Shown piece by piece: positions 13,555 through 26,268 of a DNA stretch of 64,000 bases. Every line of letters begins with the position of its first letter. Position 1 is the stretch's first letter. Under the pieces are notes generated by a model. It was not told the origin of the DNA, did no database searches, and saw only the letters and a program-made list of their open reading frames with translations. A program made the translations under genes and the position numbers. This stretch comes from Octopus sinensis (Eukaryota), in the NCBI RefSeq assembly GCF_006345805.1, contig NC_042999.1, forward strand, positions 89,590,001 through 89,654,000. The letters are read 5' to 3'.

Positions 13555-14380
13555 CTGTTAGAGACAAATGGAAGCAAAGTCAGTTCGAAAGAATTCTTAA
13601 TTAAAAAAGAAAATCTAATGAAATATACATTGAAACAAGTTTATGTAAAACATCAGCTTACATAGAATAATAACCTGAAAAAGAAAAAGCACAAATTGGT
13701 TGGTATGAAGAAGATCAGCTAGCACAAGGGTTCCCAACTTGGGGTACCTACACATTTTGGGGACATGAGATAGTATTTCAATGAGTGTGACAAAGTATAT
13801 ATTTTATTAAAATTACTTCCCAAAATAAAATTATTAACTAACTCTTATAAATAACATTATTCTATGAAGCATATCAAGAACTGAAGTTTTACATAATTAG
13901 GTACATTCTATATATGTGGAGTTAATCCTGATGAGATTATGGCCCCAAAACTGTGTTCTCATTACACATGCAATGACATACTTGTGGGAATACATATTCA
14001 TTTCTCTTTTGCCAATCAAGACAAAATTTAGAAATCACCTGAATTTACAAGTAGACCTGCAGATCACAATCAACAAGAGAGCTCCACATTTTGATAGTCA
14101 TAAAATGAATGAACAGTAGGAACAAACAAGCCATTGATTTTTATATTCGCAATTGTGATTGATTTCACTGTCTAAAGTTTTTCCTAACTGTTCATTTTAC
14201 AGTTGCATATTATGCACCATGTCAAAATCTTATCTTTTTCAGTTCACTTTGTTCACCCATAGTAGTTTATCTCTTGTCTTTTATTTGTTTCAGTCATTGT
14301 AGTCCAATGACTGAAAACAAGTAACAGATAAAACAAAAGGCATGATATTTCAGGCCTTTTGCAATAAAAGCAGTCGTCGT

Positions 14381-14620
14381 CATCATCATTTAACATCTGC
14401 TTTCCATGCTAGCATAGGTTGGACAATTTGACTGAGGTCTGGTAAACCAGATGGCTGCACCAGGCTCCAATCTGATCTGGCAGAGTTTCTACAGCTGGAT
14501 GCCCTTCCTAATGCCAACCACTCCAAGAGTTTAGTGAGTGCTTTTTACGTGCGACTGGCACGAGGGCCAGTCAGGCGGTACTGGCAACAGCCATGCTCAA
14601 ATGGTGCTTTTTATCTGCCA
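14381..14620 (-). mobile_element. RTE-type 3' tail with (GAT)n end, representative short copy
   Basis: Matches the 3' UTR of the 21250-22361 LINE; other copies ~2355-2600, 17865-18035 (+) and 5990-6130, 7535-7740, 11045-11290, 18905-19040, 20385-20620, 22580-22730, 30130-30340 (-). Confidence 0.85.
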
Positions 14621-14865
14621 AGCATTAACAATATAAATGAAATGAAATAGTTACAGATAGAAATCAAAACCAGGTTAGGGAATCAGTTCACTGGAAATTA
14701 CCCAACTTTACTTGTTCATATGTCTGAAAAGAAGAAAGAAATCTAAAAATTGAAATAATGTAGAAAGGGTTCAGCTTGGTATTAGAATAAAAGTCATACA
14801 ACAGAATCTTGTTGGATGAAACAACTCAACTTCAAATGTTAAGTAAGTAAAACAATAGCACATAC

Positions 14866-14992
14866 CAGAGCGCAATGGTCTCGTTGATATCGTGCAGCAA
14901 GATCAGCAATTGTAGACTCAACACTAGGCCCAAGAAGTAGTTCTCGTTGGGAGAAATAGCACTGGTGACAATCATTTAAGATCTGAGCATAC
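14866..14992 (-). CDS. COG3: COG3 exon 9
   Basis: YAQILNDCHQCYFSQRELLLGPSVESTIADLAARYQRDHCAL; tgtAG / GTATGT; 127 nt. Confidence 0.96.
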
Positions 14993-16043
14993 CTACAGCA
15001 TAAAATAAATCACAGAAATGTTGTTATAATTTCATAAATATTAAGTAGGCAATAGCAATGAATAGATATGATAGAAGGGAATTATTATAAACTTAAGTAA
15101 ATAAGACGACTGATTTGAAAGAATTACTGCTAAAAGCAGGCTAACTTTCACTACAGCTATCAACTAAAGCATATGCTCAGACATGTGAAACTGAAGAGAT
15201 TTGAGGCAGAAGAATTAAGAGGGATTAAAATATACCATGGTATCCTAAAATAAACACCTTTAAGGAGGAAAAGAATGGCTATAGAGAGAATAGTAGTCCA
15301 AATGTAATCATGGTTACAGGACTTTCAAGAAAAAGCAACCAAATCTCTCTCAAACCATTCCCTCCCATTTTAAAATGGGAAGGACACATGAGATAAAGCA
15401 GCCCTTGAAATATTGCTCATTACGAGAAACAGGTATGGTCACAATAGGAACACTTTCCATCATAGGTTTGCTCAGTCGGGAATGACATGGAGCTGAACAA
15501 CAACTTTCTAAAACCAAATCACTAAAGGAAATATAATTCAGGAAGGTTTTCTTGTTATGCAAAAAAAGGGTTTGGTTTTTGATTATCCTTCATACCAGAA
15601 CATAACTTGTTTATCAAATGTTTGCGATAATAACAAAAAATATGAGTTAAGTAAGCTAAGGATAAAAAGGCCAAGAGCTTAACAAATATTTTCCTTCCTA
15701 GCAAGTGAAGAGGATCAAATGAAACATGGCCTGTTAGACATGAAATCTTTATCTACAAGAAAGGTCAAGTTCTAGCAAAACAGAAAAAGCAACTATGATA
15801 GTTACCAATGTCATAGGTCCAAATAAGAAGGAAGGATGAAGAAAACAGTAGCATGACATGGGAAAGCAAAGATAGACAAAGTAAGAGTTAGGGGTCAAAA
15901 TAGTTAGATAAGGCCTAGTAACTCACTGATGTGAGAGTGTATGACTAAGATGCATGGAGACAAGTAGTATTAGTACTAGAAATGCTAACATAAGAAAACA
16001 GATATAATAACATTGATAGTGGCGTTTCAAGAAAATCATAAAT

Positions 16044-16272
16044 TTAACCCTTAAACATTCAGATTACTCTGTCAAATGTAGAGCTAATTTATTCACATTG
16101 TTTTGAATTAATCATGCATTATCTTATTGCTGTGAGATTTTGAGGCTGTGATTTGGTTATTTTTACAATGACATTGTAGGGTCGGTGTGAGATGTAGGAT
16201 CTGGTCAGTTTAAACACAAAAGAGGGAGAATATTTTGGCTGGATATGGCTTGTTTAAATGCTAAACTGTTAA
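16044..16272. mobile_element. TTAA-flanked (piggyBac-like) MITE, uninterrupted copy
   Basis: TTAACCCTTAAACATTCAGATTACTCTGTC...TTTAAATGCTAAACTGTTAA; other copies at 24684-24913, 10874-11324, ~17760-18090, 18175-19170. Confidence 0.8.
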
Positions 16273-16466
16273 AGAGTTATCCCTATATGTACTATGACAA
16301 AAAATAAATGTCAAAAAATACCATCTAATATCAAAATATTCAATTTTATTAGTAAATAACTTCATGTTGTGCATGTTGACTGCTACTGTTCTTATTTTTT
16401 CCTTCATTAAAATTATCAAAATTAAAAACATTTGAATATATACATCAAAAAGAAATGTTTACTAAC

Positions 16467-16585
16467 TCTACAGATTTATTAGTTCTTTGTTCCAGTTGCT
16501 CCATCAAAGCATGAACTCGGGGTGCATTTGTGCGGAATTTCCCATAAAAGAGTGTAAATGCATCATCACCTGCATTTGGTGTATC
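16467..16585 (-). CDS. COG3: COG3 exon 8
   Basis: DTPNAGDDAFTLFYGKFRTNAPRVHALMEQLEQRTNKSV(E); tctAG / GTTAGT; 119 nt, phase 2. Confidence 0.95.
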
Positions 16586-17510
16586 CTAGAAAAGAAAATA
16601 ACATTGGTATAATTGTATTAAAGTACTACTGAGAAAAAAGGTCAATTTAGTTTCAGTTTCTTTAATGACACAGATTAAACTAAACTTGAAATCCATAAGA
16701 ACACTTCAAACATTATTATTATTATGATGATGATGATGATGATTACTGGCAACCTCGTCGAGCTTGCTTGGTGAGGAGGGTGATTGTTGGACACCCTGCA
16801 GGATGAATAATAAGACCCGTCAAAGGGCGGAAGAACTACTGTGTAGCCAACAGCCAATTCAACAAGTACCATGTCATGGTCAAGTACCTGGAGAGCTATG
16901 CTGGAGGGAGAGAAATCTTCAGGCAGGTCTTACCAGGCCAGATAGGTCGAAGGGTAGAAGACAGACAAAACATAAATGGCAATAAATCAAAGCATCAGCA
17001 GCAGGGTGTGGATTTAGTTATTGGCAGGACCTAACAGATCAGATTTCTGGCTTTGAACTAGCAGGATGTCATGCAGAGGATCTTGAATACAAGACAATGG
17101 ATGAGACCCTAATATTCCTAGTTAGATAGAAACTGTGGGACTACATGGAGCAGCATTCTGTAACTCCTATAGTATGCGCAAACAAAACCCCTATTGGGGC
17201 ATCTTATGGGATGACCCAGATGAGATGAGATACTATATTTTAAAAGGATTGATGGAAATCTTCACAAAGGTAAATAGAAAAGACGAAGAGTGCAATGCAA
17301 TAGCAATAGATATTTCAAAATATCGTTCAACCAATAAAATATCTATTTCTATCCATATCAGAACAATTACCCAACTAGGACAATTCCCTCCTATGACAAC
17401 TACTCCCTATATTATTATTATTATTATCATTATTATTATTAACAATAGCAATTTAATATATCATATATGATTAAACAATATCATCAACAGAAAGAGTTCA
17501 ATATACTCAC

Positions 17511-17639
17511 CTTTTTAGGTAAAACTTGCTGTGTCGCATTTTGCAGGACTGTGATCACATGGCTTTTTATGAGGGTCAGTGCTCGGGACAAACATTGCTT
17601 GAATCGTGCCAAATACACTTGAGATTCTCGGTAACGAGA
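17511..17639 (-). CDS. COG3: COG3 exon 7
   Basis: SRYRESQVYLARFKQCLSRALTLIKSHVITVLQNATQQVLPKK; tacAG / GTGAGT; 129 nt. Confidence 0.96.
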
Positions 17640-18174
17640 CTGTAGAGACATTTTGTAAAATAAGTAATAATCAAAAACACAGCAGATCAGTAGGTATAAA
17701 AATGGAGTTATAATTCAGACATTTATGCTTAGATTTAGCAAAATAAAAGAAACATTTGATACTTTAGCGTTCAGATTATTCTGTCATATGTAATGATAAT
17801 TTATTCACATAATTTTGAATTAATTATACATTATCCCATATCTTTGAGATTTCAGTGATGTGAGACCTTGCTGGTAATGGTGCCATGTGAAAAGCACCCA
17901 GTCCAATCTGTAGAGTGGTCAGCATTAGGAAGAGCATCTGGCCATAAAAACCATGCCAAAACAGACAGTAGAGTGTAGTTCAGTTCTCTGGCTTGCCAGA
18001 TCTTGTCAAACCATCCAAGCCACACCAGCATGGAAAACGGGTAGAATATTTGGGCCGGATATGGTCAGTATTAATGTTAAAGTGCTAAACAACAGAAGAG
18101 ATATATAAAAAATGAAAACATTTTCCACAATTTACATTTCATTAATAACAACTTTCACTATTACAATTATCACC

Positions 18175-19170
18175 TTAACCATTTAGCATTTAAACTAGCT
18201 GTATCTGGCATAAATATTCTACTTGCTTTGTGTTCAGACTGTCCAAATCCAGCCTCTCACACCTACCCTAATATTTATTATTATTATTATAATCTTCCTC
18301 CTTCTCCTCCTCCAGTGCTTTAAATCCGAGTTTTGTCCCTGTTAACAGGGGTGGCCGCCATCTTGCCCAGTTTTGGGCATCCTCCTTTTTCAAACCAACC
18401 CTCCCAATCTCCTCCTCCGCCTGTCCCTTCCACCTTTTCCTTGATCTACCTTGCTTTTGCGCTCCATTTACCTCAAACAATCACCCTCCTCAGAACATGC
18501 TCTTCATCCCTCCTCCACACATGCCCATACCACCTCACTCCATTCGCCCTTGCCAACCATTCCACTGATTCCTCCAACCCCAGCATTCCCATCAAATCCT
18601 CAGTCCTCCTCTTATCAAACAGCTTCACTCCACACATTTCTCTCTCAAAATTGCCATCTCTCTCTCCATCAGATACTATGTCTCACTCCCATACAGCATT
18701 GCAGCTCTTACACAACTCTTATAGACCCTTCCTTTCATGTTTAATGAGAACCTTTCTGCATATAACAATGCTTTACATTCCCTGAACTTCACCCAGCCAA
18801 GTCTCACTCTTGCTGTCACAGCTGCTTCACATCCATCACTTACATCCACCCTATCTCCCAAATAACAAAAGCCTCCCACCATTTCCACCTCATCACATAG
18901 CGTTTCCACTGGTTCATCATTTAACATCCGTTTTCCATGCTGGCATGGGGAGTATGGTTTGACAGGTGCTATCCAGCTGTAGAGCTGCCCAGACTCCATT
19001 GTCTGTTTTGGGATGGTTTCTATAGCTGGATGCCCTTCCTAACATCATTCACAAATTAAACAATCACATCAATGAAATCTCAAAGCTATGAAATAATAGA
19101 TGATTAATTCAAAACAACTTGAATAAATAAGTATTGTGTTTGACAGAGTAATCTGAATGCTAAAGAGTTA
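18175..19170. mobile_element. TTAA-flanked MITE interrupted by RTE fragments (~18270-19040)
   Basis: Left half ends CACACCTACCCTA and resumes CATCATTCACAAATTAAACAATCACATC to AATGCTAAAGAGTTA. Confidence 0.75.
18330..18905 (-). mobile_element. RTE-clade LINE RT fragment
   Basis: GFCYLGDRV...AAVTARVRLGWVKFRE...KGRVYKSCVRAAMLYGSET...GRSRKRW. Confidence 0.9.
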
Positions 19171-19241
19171 CGTATTTCTAAAGGGATTGCATTCACTGCA
19201 CTCTAGGCAATGAATGCTCAAAAAATAAGTTAACTACTCAC

Positions 19242-19334
19242 ATTACTTGCAATATATAATATGCATTCATCCAGCCGTGCCAACATGTGTACAAAGGAGT
19301 CATTGGTGACTGCAAAGAGCGGGGAACCAAGTTT
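19242..19334 (-). CDS. COG3: COG3 exon 6
   Basis: KLGSPLFAVTNDSFVHMLARLDECILYIASN; ttcAG / GTGAGT; 93 nt. Confidence 0.96.
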
Positions 19335-19434
19335 CTGAAAAGAAATCAATAGGAAATAAGCTTCAGCATTATGGAATTCCATATCATGGCAAGATTTTCA
19401 GGAACACGATGCTTCTGTAATATAAGGGTTTGAA

Positions 19435-19610
19435 TGTTTGTGTGTGTGTGTGTGCACATGTGCATATGTGTGTATGTGCACACATGTGCACATGAATTCA
19501 TATAAAGGAGAAGCTATGATGTTACTCCTAAAACAGCTGTCGGACCTTTAACACCATGCATTTATATATATATATATATATATATACGTATATATTATAC
19601 GTATATATAC

Positions 19611-19677
<67 letters not shown>

Positions 19678-19695
19678 TATATATACACACACATA
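19435..19695. repeat. (TG)n/(TA)n microsatellite cluster
   Basis: Directly visible; other SSRs at 1114-1180, 3862-3925, 22320-22362, 47938-48030, 56845-56944, 57817-57874, 59081-59121, 61115-61240. Confidence 0.97.
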
Positions 19696-21249
19696 TACTA
19701 TTAATTAATGTATGTACAAGTAGGGGCATGTGGCTTAGTGGTTAGGGTGTTGCCTGCATGATCATAAGATTGGTTTCAATTCCTAGACCAGGCAATGCAT
19801 TGTGTTCTAGAGCAAAACACTTCATTTCACAAAAACAAGCAATCCTACAATGGGTTGGCATCCTGACCAGAGTAGGGGATTATATACACCACAGAATCTA
19901 GGAAACCAGTCTTATGAGCCAATTCCTCAAAAATGGCATTTGATCCTTTTTGGATATACAAGCACAGTATGGTTAAAAAAGTTCATTTCACAATCATAAG
20001 GTCCCAGGTACAAACCAACTGTATAGCATCTTGGGCAATTATCATTTTCTATAGCCTCAGATCAACCCAGTAAAACTGAGAAAATGGAAACTATAAAAGC
20101 TCATCTGACAGAGAGTGCCGGTAATTCAAAGATACAGTTTTTTCACACACTATATCACATTGATTCTGCTTGAGAATTACATTAACGGTACACTTCTCTT
20201 TGGAACATCCAACCATTTACAGGCTAATTAAATGAGCTGGTAATACAGCTGATCAAAACTGAGAGAGGACCACTCATATATATGTATATGGATGATTGTA
20301 TATCTGTATGTACTGATACAGATACCTGGTATTTCATTACTGTTAAGTTGTACCAAATTACGAATTTTATTCATAATCATGATCATATACCATCCACTTT
20401 CCATGCTGATATGGGTAGTACGGTTTGACAGGAAACTAACAAGCTACAGGCTTGTGTCAAACACTATTGGCCTTTTTTGGTATGGTTTCTATGGCTTGAT
20501 GTCCTCTCCAACGCCAACCACTTTACAACGCAGACTTTGTGCTTTTATCTTTGTGCTTGGGTGCTTTCTTTCATGCTCCTGGCACAAATGAGGTTACCAT
20601 GAAAGTTGCAAGACAGAAAAGAACAGAGAAGAAGAGAAGGAAAGAGAGGGAAAAAGCTCACTCTACTGCGAAGAAGTATTTATGAGGGGAAGGTGGAGAT
20701 GAGCAGCTGAAGAAGGTGGAGTGGCTGAAAGAGAAAGTGCACCTGCACTTGTTAACAATTATCAATATTCATATATTCATGGATCTTCAGATAAATTACT
20801 ATGTGTATCTCTGTTTAATATTATTTTGTCAAACACAGAACATTCTAATGGACTGGGCATAACTTCTTAGCATAATCTTTAAGGGTAACTTTATCACAGT
20901 GTAAAAAGTGCTTGCAAGGGAGATAAATCTTATACGAATACTAAAATTAGTCTTGTCCATCCATCCATCCATCCTTAAATACATATTTATACATAGATCA
21001 CTGATGAAATTTCTTCTTTAAAAATAAAAAGTAAAAACTTTTCTGCTTCCAAGTCACATTCAATTATAAGTGACTGTTGATTGACTGACTGATTGATTAT
21101 GGCAGTCAGGTGCGCGCGCATGCACACACATTCACTCACACACACACATACACCATCGTCGTCATTGTCATCGTCATCATAGCTTTCATGTGTGGCAGAT
21201 GCACAGGGGCAATAAACACCACAGATGCTCAAAAAACAGATTCCATCAC

Positions 21250-22331
21250 ATTCCAGGTGGAGAAACTAGTAGCTGATAGCTTCCACTACTTAGGTGACCA
21301 AGTTAGTAGTGGAGGTGGATGCTCAGAGAGTGTTACCACTAGAATAAGAATAACCTGGGCAAAGTTTAGAAAGCTTCTACCCCTACTGGTGACAAAGGGC
21401 CTCTCGCCCAGAGTGAAAGGTAGATTGTACGATGCATGTGTGCAAACTGCCATGCTTCACAGCAGTGAAACATGGGCCGTGGCTGCTGAGTACATGCGTA
21501 GGCTCAAAAGAAATGAAACCAGCATGATCTGCTGGATGTGTAATGTCAATGTGCACACACGACAGAGTGTAAGCGCTCTGAAAGAAATGTTGGACATAAG
21601 AAGCATCAGATGCGGCGTGCAAGAGAGACGTTTGCGCTGGTATGGTCATGTACTATAGATGGATGAGGAGAGCTGTGTGAAGAAGTGCCACTCCCAAACA
21701 GTTGAAAGAATCCAGGGTAGAGGTAGACCCAGGAAAACATGGGATGAGGTGGTGAAGCATGACCATCGAACGTTGAACCTCACAGAGGCAATGACAAAAG
21801 ACCAACACTTCTGGAGATATGCCGTGACTGCAAAGACCCAGCAAATAAAGTGAGTTCATGGCTGTATCCTACACCAGTTTTGCATAACCAGTCCCAGCCC
21901 ATTCAAAAGTACCTGGGATTGTAGGGCGACATGCTGTGCTTGAGGAGACCTATTGAGGAGTCAAGTACATCAGCATCAAAATGAAAATCAAATGGAAATT
22001 GTAGTCGTGATCCCTGTGCCAGTGGCACGTAAAAAGCACCATCTGAACGTGGCCAATGCCAGCGCCACCTTGACTGGCTTCTGTGCCAGTGACACATATA
22101 AAGCATCAATCGATCATGGCTGTTGCTAGCCTCCTCTGGCCCTTGTGCCGGTGGCATGTAAAAAGCACCAACTACACTCATGGAGTGGTTGGTGTTAGGA
22201 AGGGCATCCAGCTGTAGAAACACTGCCAGATCAGACTGGAGCCTGGTGCAGCCTCCTGGCTACCCAGACCCCAGTCAAACCATCCAACCCATGCTAGCAT
22301 GGAAAACGGACATTAAACAATGATGATGATA

Positions 22332-22361
<30 letters not shown>
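21250..22361 (+). mobile_element. RTE-clade LINE, 5'-truncated (RT C-terminus, 3' UTR, (GAT)n tail)
   Basis: FHYLGDQV...SVTTRIRITWAKFRKL...KGRLYDACVQTAMLHSSETW...RRLRWYGHV...RGRPRKTW; one in-frame stop. Confidence 0.93.
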
Positions 22362-22363
<2 letters not shown>

Positions 22364-22406
22364 ATAACATCTACTATAATTGAAAGAATTAAATTATTAT
22401 TCTTAC

Positions 22407-22481
22407 ACTTGATATTCTTTCTAATTCATTGAAATACGATAGTTTATTACTGATATTTTCTGCAGTGTTCATCAGACTTGA
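22407..22481 (-). CDS. COG3: COG3 exon 5
   Basis: SSLMNTAENISNKLSYFNELERISS; ttcAG / GTAAGA; 75 nt. Confidence 0.95.
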
Positions 22482-23723
22482 CTGAAATGAAACAAAAAGT
22501 AAAATAAATTGTAATGATATTAGTTTTATAGAGAAATAACATTATTTTAACATGAAACAACAACAGCAGCAACTTCCTCCATCAATATTTAACATTCATC
22601 TTTCTTGCTGGCATAAGTTAGACAGCTTGACAGAATTTGATGAGCCAGTGGACTGTGTCAAACTCCAGTTTCTGTTCTAGCATGGTTACTGTGCCCATAT
22701 GCCCTTCCTAACACCAACCACTATTAGTATTAACATGAATAAACCCCTCTTCTCTCTCTCACACACACATAAGCTGTGCTGTTAAGAAGCTTGCTTTTCA
22801 ACTACATAGTTTTGGATTCAATTCCACAGCATGACACATTGGGCAAGTTGCTTAGACTATAGCTCCCAAGCTGACTAAAGACTTGTGTGGATTTAGTAGA
22901 CAGAAACTGAGAGAAGCCCATCAGATATGTATAGATATGTCTGTATGCATGGGCATGTGTTTGTTAGCATGTGTCCTTGTTTTCACAGCATGCAATAGCT
23001 GTGAATGAGCCCTCATACAACCAGTACATTGCTTGGAATCCGGTAGAGTTAGCAATACAAAGTACATCTTGCCACAGAAGAATTATCTTATAAGAATTCC
23101 ATATGACCCATGCAAGTATGGAAAAATGATGCTGGTGATCATAACAATGACACACATACACATATATATCTATCTATATAGATACAGGGTGGCCCAATAT
23201 TAGGTTTACAGTTATCCAACTATCTCTTTCACATTCATATATTAACAGTTTAGATCTTAATTATAAAAATATATGAAACCATTATTCTATGCTAATTTAG
23301 TTAATTGTAAGATAGAAATTTAAATGTAATAAAATGTTTTTAAAAAAATTAAAGTACCAATTTGATAAGCCAAACTATTTACTGTTATAGCCTCATGCAT
23401 TATTTTCATGATAAAAGATTATGTAATTATCTTTAACTGAAGAAAATTAAATCTACTAAAAAAGTTATTAGGATCACTAATATATTAACAAAAACATTTT
23501 TCACCACAAAAATTTGAATAAACACATCCATCTCTACTCCACTTCATATGATACAAAATATTTTATTTTGAGTATATTTCAGGTATATTTTTGGCCTGCA
23601 TTTTGTTTTACTAGCAGAGGCACAGTTTGGACACTTAACAACAATGAGAGCAGTTAAGTATAGCAACTTGACCCCACAGCTGTTGTTCAACTAAAATTCA
23701 AGCAAACAAGAGTCTATCTTTAC

Positions 23724-23889
23724 CTGTTCTGCAAGTAAATGTTCACAGGCATCATGAAGTGCATTAGTTTTGAAAGATACTAAGTTATATTGGTGTTGTA
23801 AATTATTAAGGTAGTCAAGGGAGTCAGTGACTTCTTGTAACACATCACAGCACTGCTTTCTATAATTCTCAAGTTCTCTTATATAATTC
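23724..23889 (-). CDS. COG3: COG3 exon 4
   Basis: NYIRELENYRKQCCDVLQEV...QYNLVSFKTNALHDACEHLLAEQ (Sec34 domain); ttcAG / GTAAAG; 166 nt. Confidence 0.96.
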
Positions 23890-24097
23890 CTGAAATAAAA
23901 TGTTGAAAGCAACAGTAAATCTAAAGAGAAATAAGTAATAACTATTCAAGGGATAAACGTTACTACAATTATTCTATACAACTAATAAAAATATTATTTT
24001 TATTAAATGTTAAGTTGTTGTTATTACTTTCAAGACAACTTAAGAATAATAGCAAAACATTTACAAACAGTCTGAGATAGTGTGCTGAAACAAAAAC

Positions 24098-24376
24098 AAT
24101 TGCAGCGTGGAAGGTGTTTATATGTCATTTAAAAACACACAAAAATTATTAGATTCACTTCAACATTTAAATTTAATTTGTCAAAATATTTTCATCACTT
24201 TGAAACCACAACCTGTTCACTGACAAAATTTTGTGCTGCACAGAATTTTGTCAGTGAACAGGTCGCAGTTTCAAAGCGACGAAAATATTTTGACAAATTA
24301 AATTTAAATGTTGAAGTGAATCTAACGGTTTTTGTGTGTTTTTAAATGGCTTATAAACACCTTCCATGCTGCAATT
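24098..24376. repeat. Fold-back palindrome: two 139-bp arms with a 1-nt spacer, in COG3 intron 3
   Basis: Arms 24098-24236 and 24238-24376 align without gaps, 12 mismatches (manual alignment); probably a palindromic MITE. Confidence 0.95.
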
Positions 24377-24683
24377 ATTTACAAATGGAGTCTCTCAATA
24401 TTGCAAATAAAATTAAATTTATTGTAAAGTTTGTGTTGACTGGGACTTCAGATTTTGCCTAACAGCTTATTCAACTTCTGGTTGTATAAACCACTGTGTG
24501 AAATATTACTTTTATTAATAATTCTAGTTTGTAATTGATTGTTATGTCCTTACCCTTCCCATACTTGGTTACTCCAACAACTTGTTCTGTTTGATATCAT
24601 CATTTCCCTTTTGAGGAGTGAGTGTAAAGAATAGCAGTTATCTATGCATGCAAGTCTCCTCTCCTCATATCATCAATGATATT

Positions 24684-24913
24684 TTAGCCCTTTAGCATTC
24701 AGATTATTCTGTCAAGCATAATGTTTATTTATTCAAATTGGTTTGAATTAATCATGCATTAGCTTACTACTTCTAGATTTCAAGGATGTGATAGTATATT
24801 TTTAAAATGACATTTTATGGTAGGTGTGAGAGGCCAAATTTGGTCAGTTTCAACATAAAATAATGTGGAAATATTTGGGCCTGATTTGGCCAAATTAAAT
24901 GCTAAAGAATTAA
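24684..24913. mobile_element. TTAA-flanked MITE
   Basis: Same internal sequence as 16044-16272. Confidence 0.8.
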
Positions 24914-25146
24914 AGATCTATAAATTTGAAGACCCATTTAAAGTACATTATCTTCACTAATTGAAAAGTTATTTCTGGAAACCCCTACTGATTGATGTGT
25001 TTCTAGCAGATGTTGATTTGCAACAATTTAAGAGGAACATTAACAGTGTTAATCTCATTGGCCTTGAAGAGTACTGCCTTACCCTTCAATAAATATAAAT
25101 AAAAGTAGATATTAATATCAATGTGAAAAAAAGAACATAAACATAC

Positions 25147-25208
25147 CTATATGGCACTTCTTCTTCTTTAGATATATTTTCTTCAATACTTGCAAACCAG
25201 GAGAAAAA
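25147..25208 (-). CDS. COG3: COG3 exon 3
   Basis: ttttAG|TTT...TAT AG|GTATGT; FFSWFASIEENISKEEEVPYR; 62 nt, ends phase 2. Confidence 0.95.
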
Positions 25209-26142
25209 CTAAAATTAAGATTAAAAATACCAAAAGTTATAAAATATTAAACTCTAAATAAAACATTCATTACATTTGTTGATTAAATTTTCTCAAATAA
25301 ACCTGTATAAATGTAAATTCTGTCAGGTCAAGAAATAAAATCAATAATTCATTTCGTAAAGTTTCTTTAAATGATCTGCAATCACATTGATATGTTGCTG
25401 TTGTTGTTATTCCAAGTTGGCCCTGATACAGCAAACTTTATTATCAAAATCATTGAAAATAAATTTGATATCAAGAAAATGTACTCTGAAAATGTGCATA
25501 AAATCAACACATGACATTTCTCTTGTTCACTTTGTTTATTATTTATCTGGATGTTTAGTTTTTGTTCAATATTCCCAATAGTAGCTTTTCTACTAGTATA
25601 CTCTCCATTCATTTACAATGTTAATTTCAATCAATCTGTACAGTAGAATCTTTCAGTTATTTAGCTCTCTTCTAATAGAGATATTCCCAAACTTTCAAAA
25701 AAAGAAAAATTATTTGAGCAATAATAAATCTTTGAATGAGGTATTATACTTCGCTCAGAGATTTATTATTGCTTGTTTACACTTTTTCAAGATCAGTGAC
25801 TTTTCGTCACTGGAAAAAGGATATATGTATTTGCATTGGGACCCCTTCACATCGAAGACCAGTGATTGTCGTGCGCTGACGACGGGTAAATATTCAGAAA
25901 CCCAGGTCCGTGTGTATCGCATCAGGTTGACGATGGGAAGGATGGCTTCCCTTTGCAAATACTGATAGGGCACCGAAAGTGTGTCAATAGCCAGCTGGAG
26001 AAGATGTTTTCCTGGGGCTACAAGCTACAGTAGCATCCATCCTTAGTGGTGAGCTACATTTAAGTGACAAATAGACTTTACAAAAATTATTTGGCTTAAC
26101 TTTTAATCATTTCACAGAAGTCAAAACAACTTATAGACATAC

Positions 26143-26268
26143 TTGTTGGGCATTTTCAATTTTCTCTTCTAGTTCTGAAACTTTAGGTGAAACTAGAGAA
26201 CCCGGTAACTGTGTTGCCTGGTCATCTCTGGCAGAGAGGTGAGCGGTCGGGACATCATCTAGAGGCAG
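26143..26268 (-). CDS. COG3: COG3 exon 2
   Basis: ttacAG|CTG...CAA|GTATGT; LPLDDVPT...EEKIENAQQ matches COG3 LPIED...EERIETAQQ; 126 nt. Confidence 0.92.

Noticed and set aside
18333-18785. 150-aa and 97-aa Ser/Pro-rich plus-strand ORFs
   Set aside because: Antisense frames of the RTE fragment
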